Assembly: GCA_013286285.1 (NCBI GenBank)
Contig: JABDGA010000001.1
Coordinates: 4,413 to 68,412, forward strand
DNA length: 64,000 bases
Direction: 5' to 3'
Origin: Alphaproteobacteria bacterium
GTDB taxonomy: Bacteria > Pseudomonadota > Alphaproteobacteria > Rickettsiales > JABCZZ01
Within the stretch, counting starts at the first letter, position 1, and the number at the start of each line of letters is the position of its first letter. The notes under the pieces are model-generated. The model saw nothing but the letters and a program-made list of their open reading frames with translations. It did no database searches and was not told the origin of the DNA. Shown in pieces: positions 37,835 to 46,421 of the stretch. The position numbers were made by a program, and so were the translations under genes.

Positions 37835-40588
37835 CTATACGACCGATTTGTTACTGTAAAGGGTTTCATTAGAAGGATTATCGGCAAATGTAACGGCCAT
37901 TGCAAAGCTTCTGTCCTCCAGATAGATGGCATCCGAAGCGAGAGTATCCGACCATGTAATGGATTCAACATTACCGGCGCTTTTTAGGTCATGGATAACC
38001 GGCTCGATGAGTTTCCAGTCCCCACCGGAGAGTTTTACCTCTTTAATCGGGAACTTAATGGAAACCTGGCGTTCGGATTTGCACTTGCGGATAGCCTCCA
38101 GGATGCTTACACAGGCAATCCCGCTTGCTTCCGCTTGGTTATCAATAGGATAATCCGCTGATTTTGGCCAATTGCCACGCGCATGTACGGAGGTGTCTGC
38201 ATCCACGATATGGCTATAAAGCTCCTCCGTAATATGAGGTATAAAAGGGGCGAACAGCCGCAAAATAGCATGCAGGCAATAGTAAAGCGTCACACGGGCG
38301 GAAGTAATACTTGCAACTTGCAACCTGCAACCTGCAACTTCCTCTCCATATGCCCTGGTTTTGACCAGCTCCAGATAATTATCGCAGAAATCTTTCCAGA
38401 AAAACTCTTCGATCGCTACCCGCGCATCGCAATATTCAAATTTCTCAAACTCATGCGTGGCTTTTTCGATGGTTTTCTGCAGGCGCGTCAAAATCCATTT
38501 ATCAAGCGTTTCCGTGATTCTTTTTTCTGAAACCGGCGTATGGGAGGGGATTGCCAGTGTTTCAAGGTGGAGGGAGGCAAAGTTTATGGCATTCCACAAT
38601 TTGTTAATCAGCTTTTTGCCGATTTTAAGTAACTCTTCGGAGAAGGCCGTATCCGCGCCCAGACGTGAGGTAGACGCCCAGTAACGCACTGCATCGGCGC
38701 TTTTTTCCAGAATCAAATCCACGGGAGTAATGATATTGCCCTTGGATTTACTCATCTTGCTTTTATCGGACGCAAGGCACCAGCCGGAAATCATCAAATT
38801 CTTCCAGGGAATATCATCTGAATGCAGATGCGCCTTCACAATTGTATAAAACGCCCAGGTGCGGATGATTTCATGCGCCTGCGGACGGAGATCGGCAGGG
38901 AAGAGCTTGGTAAAACGGGTTTCAGGTGTCAGGTGTCGGGTGTCGGTATGCTTGTCGGAGCGGATCCCGATACTTCCGGCATTAATCTGCGGGCTGATGG
39001 AGGAGGTGGCCCAGGTATCCATGACATCCGTACTTGCAACAACTTCCTCACGCGTATAGCCATGGGGCAGATCCGTTAATGGATCCACAGGCAATTGCTG
39101 GGAGGAAGCAAAAATTGGCCTGCCTTCTTCGCCTGCGCGCTTGGAGTACCAGACCGGGAAGGGGACACCGAAGAAGCGCTGGCGGGAAATACACCAATCC
39201 TCTTTTAAGCCATCAATCCACTGGTTGAGGCGAATATGCATGTACTCCGGATACCATTTGCATTCCTTGCCCTTTTCAAGCAGCGCCTCTTTTTTATCGG
39301 TAATTCTGATGAACCATTGAGGGGTAGGAATTATTTCAATTGGTGTACCGGAACGTTCAGCGCATTTCACAGTATGGGTAATAAGGGTTTGATGACACAG
39401 TTTGCCTTCCGTTTGCAGCATCTTAACTATTTTTTCATTGGCTTGCTTAATTTTCAATCCATTGATTTGATTAAAAACATCCCAAGCTTTTTTAACAGAC
39501 AAACAGTTATTTTTGTCAATTGTGGCCCTGCTGAATTGATATTGTGCTAGAGCATAATTTGCTCCACCAAATACGATGCAGTCTTCTGCCAGAGCATCGT
39601 AAAGTCTATCAGCCTCAAATAAGGCTTCTTCCCTTGGCTCTAAAACATCTACTTTGGATTCATCAGGGAAAGTAGGGAAGGATATGTCAATTCTTCCAAG
39701 TTCATTGACTATCTGTCTCAAAGGCAGCCCATGCTTCCGCCACCATTCCTTATCCGTATCATCCCCAAACGTACAGCACATCACAAGGCCAGTACCTTTT
39801 TCACGCTCGACCAGTTCATCGGCAATCATAGGCACGTTAACGCCGAACAAAGGAGTAACAGCGTATTTGTCTCTATACTTTGCAGCGTTGGGATCTTCAG
39901 GGTGATACATGACCGCGACACATGCTCCGAGCAGTTCGGGGCGGGTGGTGGCGATAATGAGTGGTGTCCCGTCTTCCAGCGTGAATTCAATCTCATTCAT
40001 CACACCGGGCATTTCCTTGTTTTCGATTTCAGCCTGCGCAATGGCGGTCTGGTCTACCCAGTCCCAGTAGGTGGGGCGAAAATCGCGGTAGGCATCGCCT
40101 TTTTCCAGCAAATCGAGGAACGATTCCTGGGATAAGCGTCGTACATCGTCACTGATTGTCTGGTATTCCTGTTTCCAGTCCACGCTTAAGGCCACGCTTT
40201 TGAACAGCCTGCGGAATTCTTCTTCCGCGCCTTTGACCACTTCGCGGCAAAGCACAACGAAATCGGCACGGGGCATATCCCGGCCGCGCACTTTCTTTTC
40301 CTTTTCCACCAGCCGTTCCGTCGGCAGGCCGTTATCGTCAAATCCCATCGGGTAGAACACCGTCTTGCCACGCATGCGCTGGTAGCGGGCGACGAAATCA
40401 GCCTGCGTATAGCTGAAGATATGCCCCATATGCAGGATGCCGGAGACGGTAGGCGGCGGCGTGTCTATGACAAAGGTATTCTCGCGCGGCTGGCTTTCAT
40501 CCCATGCATGGACGCCTATCTCCTCCCACCGCTTCTGCAAACGTGGCTCGGCTTCTTTATGATCGTAATGCTTGGGTAACTTCTTCAT
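37835..40588 (-). CDS. valS: valine--tRNA ligase (archaeal/type-2 form)
   Basis: 917 aa with 'VIDTPPPTVSGILHMGHIFSYT', 'FYPMGFDDNGLPTE' in place of the bacterial-type GTDHAG, and 'KMSKSKGN'. Confidence 0.95.
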   Translation of the reverse strand: MKKLPKHYDHKEAEPRLQKRWEEIGVHAWDESQPRENTFVIDTPPPTVSGILHMGHIFSYTQADFVARYQRMRGKTVFYPMGFDDNGLPTERLVEKEKKVRGRDMPRADFVVLCREVVKGAEEEFRRLFKSVALSVDWKQEYQTISDDVRRLSQESFLDLLEKGDAYRDFRPTYWDWVDQTAIAQAEIENKEMPGVMNEIEFTLEDGTPLIIATTRPELLGACVAVMYHPEDPNAAKYRDKYAVTPLFGVNVPMIADELVEREKGTGLVMCCTFGDDTDKEWWRKHGLPLRQIVNELGRIDISFPTFPDESKVDVLEPREEALFEADRLYDALAEDCIVFGGANYALAQYQFSRATIDKNNCLSVKKAWDVFNQINGLKIKQANEKIVKMLQTEGKLCHQTLITHTVKCAERSGTPIEIIPTPQWFIRITDKKEALLEKGKECKWYPEYMHIRLNQWIDGLKEDWCISRQRFFGVPFPVWYSKRAGEEGRPIFASSQQLPVDPLTDLPHGYTREEVVASTDVMDTWATSSISPQINAGSIGIRSDKHTDTRHLTPETRFTKLFPADLRPQAHEIIRTWAFYTIVKAHLHSDDIPWKNLMISGWCLASDKSKMSKSKGNIITPVDLILEKSADAVRYWASTSRLGADTAFSEELLKIGKKLINKLWNAINFASLHLETLAIPSHTPVSEKRITETLDKWILTRLQKTIEKATHEFEKFEYCDARVAIEEFFWKDFCDNYLELVKTRAYGEEVAGCRLQVASITSARVTLYYCLHAILRLFAPFIPHITEELYSHIVDADTSVHARGNWPKSADYPIDNQAEASGIACVSILEAIRKCKSERQVSIKFPIKEVKLSGGDWKLIEPVIHDLKSAGNVESITWSDTLASDAIYLEDRSFAMAVTFADNPSNETLYSNKSVV
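38310..38337. repeat. tandem heptamer tract, 4 x CYTGCAA (coding strand GTTGCAR)
   Basis: cttgcaa cttgcaa cctgcaa cctgcaa inside valS, encoding 'EVAGCRLQVAS'. Confidence 0.9.
38917..38951. repeat. tandem heptamer tract, 5 x RGGTNTC (ends degenerate)
   Basis: gggtttc aggtgtc aggtgtc gggtgtc ggtatgc inside valS, encoding 'HTDTRHLTPETR'. Confidence 0.85.
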
Positions 40589-42066
40589 GCTATTTTATCG
40601 CCGGTTTCCATCGCTTCGCGCACCAGAAGCTCAAGCGTAGGCACTGGCTTTGCTGTGACCGCAATCTGGTAAGAGAAAAGAGATTTGCTGAGTGTAATCA
40701 GCCAGCAGTTCAGGGTAAGCAGCAGGCGCGAAAAGCAGTTATCGCCAAAAGCCAATGGAAACGGGGCAGGGACTCCTTCGATGCTTGTTATGGTAAAGCC
40801 TGCATTTTTAAGGATGCGGCGCAGTGAGTCGAAAGTAAACAGGCGGGTATGGGTTTTGTCAAGGATGCCGCGCTTGCCGTAGTTGAATTGGCCAAAAAGC
40901 AGCATTAAGCGCTGGACAAAGAATGCGATATTCGGCGTGGTGATGATGAGACTCGGGTCCATTGCTACACACCAGCGGTGGAGATCGGCAAGAAAATTTT
41001 CCGGGTTCTGCAGATGCTCAATCACGTCAAGCAACATAATTACATCGAAATGCTGCTTATCCAGAGGACTGAAATCGGGGTTATTGAGGTCGGTGGCAAA
41101 CGCATAATCGTAATGGGTGCGTATCGCATCATTCACCCGCCAGTCGCAGCCGGTGACTACGCTGCCGCGCTTGCGCAATTTTGAGGAAACATACCCCTCG
41201 CCGCAGCCTATATCCAGCACGGCCTCGCCCTGTTTTACCTGCTTCATTGCAAAACTATGGCTGCTGGTAAAATGGCTCTTATCCGGGTAAAACATCGCCT
41301 GTTCATAGTCAAATTTCGGATCGTAGATGATTCCAAAGCGCTGAATCCGTGATTTTAGGGTAGACGCCATCACATCGAACGCATAGCGCATTCCGTTTAC
41401 ATGGCAGACTTCATCGCCATAATGGGTGGGAATGGGGATTTCCTTAATCCGCATCTGATTATCCACGAACTGGATGATGATATCCGTATCGAAATGGAAT
41501 ACGTTGGAGTTATATTGAAATGGTATTTTCTGCAACGCATGGATGCTATAAGCGCGGAATCCGGTATGGAACTCGCTTAAACGGCTGCCTATCATCCAGT
41601 TCTGCAGTGTGGTAAGCAGGATATTGCCCGCGAATTTATAAAACGGCATCCCGCCTTTGAGCGCATCCTGCTTTTTAATCATGCGCGAACCGAAAACCGC
41701 ATCGGCGTTTTGATTGATAATGGGCGAGATCATATCCGGAATGAATTCCGGCGGATACTGGCCGTCACCATGCACCATCACTACCACGTCATAGTGGTTT
41801 TCTATGGCATAGGTATAGCCGACCTTCTGGTTGCCGCCGTAACCCTGGTTTATCGCGTTGCGCAGCAGGCGGATAGGACGGCCGGGATTATGGTTTATAT
41901 ATTCGCGCACAACCTGACTGGTGCGGTCCTGCGAGCAGTCATCGATTACCACCACATCGGTACGGTACCAGGGGTTATTCCACAGCGACTCCGGCACGCG
42001 ATCCAATACCCCGGCGATATGCCGCTCGGCATTGTATGCGATAATCATGACCAGCGCTTTTTTCAT
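40585..42066 (-). CDS. family-2 glycosyltransferase fused to a class I SAM methyltransferase domain
   Basis: N-terminal half has 'ALVMIIAYNAERHI', 'VVVIDDCSQDRT' and 'VMVHGDGQYPP'. C-terminal half has 'VLDIGCGEGYVS'. ATG 42066 (MKKALV) is preferred over 42102. Confidence 0.85.
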   Translation of the reverse strand: MKKALVMIIAYNAERHIAGVLDRVPESLWNNPWYRTDVVVIDDCSQDRTSQVVREYINHNPGRPIRLLRNAINQGYGGNQKVGYTYAIENHYDVVVMVHGDGQYPPEFIPDMISPIINQNADAVFGSRMIKKQDALKGGMPFYKFAGNILLTTLQNWMIGSRLSEFHTGFRAYSIHALQKIPFQYNSNVFHFDTDIIIQFVDNQMRIKEIPIPTHYGDEVCHVNGMRYAFDVMASTLKSRIQRFGIIYDPKFDYEQAMFYPDKSHFTSSHSFAMKQVKQGEAVLDIGCGEGYVSSKLRKRGSVVTGCDWRVNDAIRTHYDYAFATDLNNPDFSPLDKQHFDVIMLLDVIEHLQNPENFLADLHRWCVAMDPSLIITTPNIAFFVQRLMLLFGQFNYGKRGILDKTHTRLFTFDSLRRILKNAGFTITSIEGVPAPFPLAFGDNCFSRLLLTLNCWLITLSKSLFSYQIAVTAKPVPTLELLVREAMETGDKIA

Positions 42067-42100
42067 GGAATATTCATTTTCCCCGGCTATCATCCTGCCC

Positions 42101-43714
42101 ATGCAGGAACCGCACGATCATTATTCTAAACCCTTGGTAATGTCCAAAACTTTTATCTGTATCTGGCTTGCAGTGCTTTTTGTGACGGCAGCTTTTATCC
42201 GTGTCCATGGCGTGGACAGGTTCCATCCCCACGTGGACGAATTGATGCATATCGATATTGCAAAAGGCGCAACGTTGGAAGAAGTGCTGCATTTTTCCCT
42301 TTTTGAAACCCACCCGCCGCTGGGGCATCTCGTGCGCCATTACTGGGAGCAGATTTCGGATACGGTCTGGTTTGAGCGTTGTTTGTCGCTGGTTTTTGGT
42401 CTTGGGCTCATACCGCTTTATTATGCCATCGGCAACAGGCTGCATGGCAGGTTGGCAGGGCTATGTGCGGCTACGTTAATTACGTTCAGCAATGGCTGCA
42501 TTATCCAATCCTATATTGTGCGCAATTATACGATCTTTACCTTTTTCCTCTCTTTGAGCGTATATATGTACCTGCTATGGCGGGAGGATCGTCAAAAGAT
42601 ATTTCCCCTTATCGGTTACTTCATATGCGCTCTACTCGCCGTATTGATCCACTTCTCCGCCTTATTCGCCCTATGCATGATAACATTTTACGGCCTGTGG
42701 GAGAAACCCGGTGGCAGAATCCGCTGGGCTATCGCCAACCTGCTACTTGCGGCGTTGTCTCTATGGACCATCCAGCTATGGCATAATACCCTAAACTCTG
42801 TACAGGAAACTGCGGCAGGAGCTATGGCAAGCTATAGCTTCAAGGATTCGCTCCTGCTCATACCGTTATATCTCGTCCACGTATTCAATTACCTGTTCCC
42901 AAGCGAAAGCTTTATTTTTGTGCTGGCCTTCCTTGCGCCAATGGCAATGGCAAAAAAGGATAAAGCATTAAATGCCTGGCTGATGTTATCAGGCCTATCC
43001 CTGCTGCTTGGGGTAGTATTGTTTATCACCGGCATCTATCCGTTTGTAGGTGACAGGCATGGGCTATGGCTATTGCCTTTTTTTATTATCTCCATGGGCT
43101 GGCTTATAGCGGATGCATTTTTGTTTCTTACAAAATCATTTTATCTATCTGCCGGACTTGCTTTTTCCTGCGGGTTACTGTTTTACACCGCACAGGATCG
43201 TTTCGTCGATTCGACCGAGTATGCCATGACAGAAAAGGAGTGGCAGCAGGTTTCCGGCTATCTTCAGTCTGTAGATCCACGTTCCCTGCTGGTATCGGGA
43301 AAAACGGATGCCATCATGCTGGCTCCACCGCAAGTCAATATGTATCACTATCTTGGCAATAATCCTGCCTCTATCTCTCCTATTGCTGCTTTCATACCTT
43401 ACTATGGCACGCACCTGCTTTTTAATAACCGTAACACGATGCGTATATATAAAAACGCCACCTTGACACAAATGATAGAAGATGCCTCTTCTAAAGGTAT
43501 GCTTAAGGAATATGATACGCTGATATTCATAGATAGCTATGCGGCTTCCCAGCCGGTAACGGATTTAATGCAGTGCAAGGCGCTGGATAAAACAGTCGTA
43601 TCTTTTTCTGCATCAATGTTTTTTATCGCGGTGAAGAAACAGGACTTTATGGAACAAGTTATCTCTCCTGCAGGAAAAGCGCATAGTTGCTTGTTTTATG
43701 ATCATTCCAAATAA
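42101..43714 (+). CDS. ArnT/PMT-like (GT39/GT83-type) polytopic membrane glycosyltransferase candidate
   Basis: About 537 aa with more than 10 hydrophobic segments, divergent from the GT2-MT gene. The start is 42101 or 42140. The last codons (YDHSK-stop) lie in MITE copy C. Confidence 0.7.
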   Translation: MQEPHDHYSKPLVMSKTFICIWLAVLFVTAAFIRVHGVDRFHPHVDELMHIDIAKGATLEEVLHFSLFETHPPLGHLVRHYWEQISDTVWFERCLSLVFGLGLIPLYYAIGNRLHGRLAGLCAATLITFSNGCIIQSYIVRNYTIFTFFLSLSVYMYLLWREDRQKIFPLIGYFICALLAVLIHFSALFALCMITFYGLWEKPGGRIRWAIANLLLAALSLWTIQLWHNTLNSVQETAAGAMASYSFKDSLLLIPLYLVHVFNYLFPSESFIFVLAFLAPMAMAKKDKALNAWLMLSGLSLLLGVVLFITGIYPFVGDRHGLWLLPFFIISMGWLIADAFLFLTKSFYLSAGLAFSCGLLFYTAQDRFVDSTEYAMTEKEWQQVSGYLQSVDPRSLLVSGKTDAIMLAPPQVNMYHYLGNNPASISPIAAFIPYYGTHLLFNNRNTMRIYKNATLTQMIEDASSKGMLKEYDTLIFIDSYAASQPVTDLMQCKALDKTVVSFSASMFFIAVKKQDFMEQVISPAGKAHSCLFYDHSK

Positions 43715-43828
43715 TTTTTATACATCTATAGCGCCGTCATGCCGCGGCGAAGACCGCGGCATCTCGTAAAAATAACAAGAGATCCCGCGCTTTCGCGCGG
43801 GATGACGAAATCATCCGGAAGGATAAAT
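43697..43828 (-). mobile_element. MITE-like element, copy C (inverted orientation, distal TIR degenerate)
   Basis: tatgatcattccaa (43697-43710), then cgtcatgccgcggcgaagaccgcggcat...gatcccgcgctttcgcgcgggatgacg. It lies between convergent genes. Confidence 0.75.
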
Positions 43829-43830
43829 TA

Positions 43831-44517
43831 TTACACTTTTCGTTCACCAAACAATGCCGTGCCGATGCGGATATGGGTTGCGCCGAATCGGATAGCGGTT
43901 TCGTAATCGTTGCTCATCCCCATGCTTAAGTAAGGCGTCTTTGCTCCTTCAGCCATTGTACGCAGCAAGGCAAAATGCGGTGCAGGAAGGGCATCTGCAG
44001 GGGGAACGCACATAAGGCCTTCCACAGGGAACCCATGATGCCGGACATACTCCAGAAGCGATGGAAAGTTCCGGGGCATGACGCCACCTTTTTGCGGTTC
44101 TTCACCGGTATTGACCTGCACCAGAAAACGTTTGCAGCGTACGCCGGACGTCTTATTTTTCTTTATAATGGCATCTGCCAGCGATTCGCGATCCACGGTA
44201 TGAATGACGTCAAATAAGGCAAGCGCCTCACGCACCTTATTGGTTTGCAGTGAACCGATAAGGTGCAATTCCACATCCGGATATAACTTGCGAATGGCAG
44301 GCCATTTCGCGGCGGCCTCCTGCACCTGGTTTTCACCAAACACTTTCTGCCCGACCTCAATCAAAGCAATGATTGCTTCAACAGGATGCGTTTTGCTGAC
44401 GGCAACTAACGTTATTTCTTTCGCGGCAAGCGGCGACTTATCCTGCCATTTTTTTATATTCTGCCGTATTTCATGCAGCCGCTCTGCGCTACGCATGGAG
44501 GCTGAATTCCCGGTCAT
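43831..44517 (-). CDS. yggS: YggS family pyridoxal-phosphate homeostasis protein
   Basis: 228 aa with 'LVAVSKTHP', 'GENQVQE', 'HLIGSLQTNK', 'LSMGMSNDYE' and 'IRIGTALFG'. Confidence 0.9.
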   Translation of the reverse strand: MTGNSASMRSAERLHEIRQNIKKWQDKSPLAAKEITLVAVSKTHPVEAIIALIEVGQKVFGENQVQEAAAKWPAIRKLYPDVELHLIGSLQTNKVREALALFDVIHTVDRESLADAIIKKNKTSGVRCKRFLVQVNTGEEPQKGGVMPRNFPSLLEYVRHHGFPVEGLMCVPPADALPAPHFALLRTMAEGAKTPYLSMGMSNDYETAIRFGATHIRIGTALFGERKV

Positions 44518-45307
44518 GCTGCAGTGAGGGAACCATGCTCCGGGCTTCGCTGATTTTATCGGTATTTATGGTGGCAAACGTCACGCCGGGCTTATCTTCA
44601 CTGGCTTCGGCAATGATTTCACCCCACGGGGCAACTACCAGTGAGTGGCCATAGGTACGCCGGTTGCCCGGATGCAAGCCGCATTGCGCGGGAGCAAGCA
44701 CATAACAGAAATTTTCGATGGCGCGGGCGCGCAGCAACGTATGCCAGTGCGCCGAGCCGGTGGTATAGGTAAAGGCTGCAGGAATGGAGAGTAAATCCGC
44801 CCCGTTATGGGCAAGCGTCCGGTAAAGGTGTGGGAAGCGTAAATCATAGCATACGCTCATGCCGAGCTTGCCCCACGGAGTGGAAGCTAACACCGCCTGC
44901 CTGCCGGCGGCAATGCGCGCTGATTCGTTATAGGCTTCGCCATTCTTCAGGGTTACATCAAAGAGATGAATCTTATCATATTGCGACGTGATATTGCCGT
45001 CCGCATCAATCAGCAAGGAGCGGTTATAGGATTTCCCCGGCAAATCCGCGATAGGCACCTGAACCGATCCGATAAGAATCCATACTTTCAATTCCTCTGC
45101 GAGCCTGCGGCAGTGATTGATGCCTTCCGTTTGATCCGGCTGCTGTCCTTTTCCCTGCTCCTGCATAAAAAACGTATTTTCCGGCAGGCAAATCAGTTGC
45201 GCGCCTCCGGCTGCCGATTCTTGCACATAGTTTTCCGCCGCTTCAATATTCGCTTTTATATTGTCCTGACTGTTCAGTTGAATAAGACTTGTAACAAAGT
45301 TAACCAT
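44489..45307 (-). CDS. carbon-nitrogen hydrolase (nitrilase superfamily) protein
   Basis: 272 aa with 'LICLPENT', 'YDKIHLFD' and 'GMSVCYDLRFP' (catalytic Cys). Confidence 0.88.
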   Translation of the reverse strand: MVNFVTSLIQLNSQDNIKANIEAAENYVQESAAGGAQLICLPENTFFMQEQGKGQQPDQTEGINHCRRLAEELKVWILIGSVQVPIADLPGKSYNRSLLIDADGNITSQYDKIHLFDVTLKNGEAYNESARIAAGRQAVLASTPWGKLGMSVCYDLRFPHLYRTLAHNGADLLSIPAAFTYTTGSAHWHTLLRARAIENFCYVLAPAQCGLHPGNRRTYGHSLVVAPWGEIIAEASEDKPGVTFATINTDKISEARSMVPSLQHDREFSLHA

Positions 45308-45315
45308 AATGGAAA

Positions 45316-46047
45316 TTACCTGGCCTGTTCGACCTGAGATTTTTCCAGACCATCCTCTGATGCTTCAATGCGTTGCATGGTAGCATCATATCCTGCTTTT
45401 GTGCTGGCGATATGGGCGGCATCGCAAGGAATGGAGCTGTACATTTCCTTATACGAGCCGCTCGCGGCAATATGAATATTACTCTCCACGCCGCTGTCCG
45501 CGTTAGAGGCCCCGAGTTCTTTCCTGAGCGAAGTATTAATAATCTCCAGATCTTGCTGCCCCACCTTGCCGCATTTCTGCAGGTAATAATAAGTGATAAG
45601 CCAGGTTTCATACCGTTGCTTGAGCAGGTCGATATAGGCCTGCTGCCTGCCGTCCCTTTCATTAAACTCGGTAATGTCAGAGAAGGGAATTTTTGAATTC
45701 TGCGGCACCTTGAATTTCGGCGCAGCCAGTGCGGTAGTGACTACCTTATCCGGCGCTGCAACAGATGCTTTTTCCTGCACGGGCCTTTCCTGGGCTTCAT
45801 CGCCAGGCCTGCGTGTTTCATACTTGATATCATCAGCAAGCATGATTACCAGAAGCATGGAAACCAGTCCATATATCTGCATATTGCGCTTATGCAACAT
45901 GTGCAGGAGCCTGGCCGCCACCGAATCATGATATTTTCCCACCCTCAGATTATCACGATACAGCTCAATCGCCAGCAGCAGCCATACCACAACAATGATA
46001 AGCCATTTCAACGATATGAAAACGGTTTCGGTAGGAAACGGGTGCAT
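45316..46047 (-). CDS. hypothetical membrane-anchored protein
   Basis: 243 aa with two N-terminal TM segments and a charged C-terminal domain; no family recognised. Confidence 0.65.
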   Translation of the reverse strand: MHPFPTETVFISLKWLIIVVVWLLLAIELYRDNLRVGKYHDSVAARLLHMLHKRNMQIYGLVSMLLVIMLADDIKYETRRPGDEAQERPVQEKASVAAPDKVVTTALAAPKFKVPQNSKIPFSDITEFNERDGRQQAYIDLLKQRYETWLITYYYLQKCGKVGQQDLEIINTSLRKELGASNADSGVESNIHIAASGSYKEMYSSIPCDAAHIASTKAGYDATMQRIEASEDGLEKSQVEQAR

Positions 46048-46273
46048 ATATGCACATAGTACGAAGATACCTATCGTGTATCAAGCTTTAAGTGTGTGAC
46101 GGCAGAAACTTCCAGCATATAATAATCATTGACAAATATTCCATTGTACATATTTTGCGTTTGCGTCTTTTAGGGTATCCCCGGATAGACAGAAAAGCCA
46201 CTGACGGAAGGCTTTTGTCGATAACAGGTTAACAGATTGTGTTCAGTACAACCTGTTGATTGAGGAATATATT

Positions 46274-46349
46274 GATCTGGTAGCTCAGTCGGTAGAGCAC
46301 CTGACTTTTAATCAGGTTGTCGCGGGTTCGATTCCCGCCCAGATCACCA
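46274..46349 (+). tRNA. tRNA-Lys(UUU)
   Basis: Acceptor gatctgg/ccagatc, D-arm gctc-agtcggta-gagc, anticodon arm cctga-ctTTTaa-tcagg, T-arm gcggg-ttcgatt-cccgc, and an encoded CCA. Confidence 0.93.
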
Positions 46350-46421
46350 TATATTCCAATAGGATACTTTCATAAAATTCTGTGATTGTGCGTTTATGGG
46401 GATTGTATTACCCTGCGCGGT

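Noticed and set aside
20383-38951. Heptamer tracts as CRISPR-like or tandem-repeat arrays
   Set aside because: There are no spacers, the units are only 7 nt with 3-5 copies, and all lie inside intact ORFs. They are reported as in-frame microsatellite-like tracts, not CRISPR.
46129-46216. Possible promoter (ttgaca) plus weak hairpin (aaaagcc...ggctttt) that could define a small RNA upstream of tRNA-Lys
   Set aside because: The -10 element and spacing are poor, the stem is only 7 bp and A/T-rich, and no conservation evidence is available.
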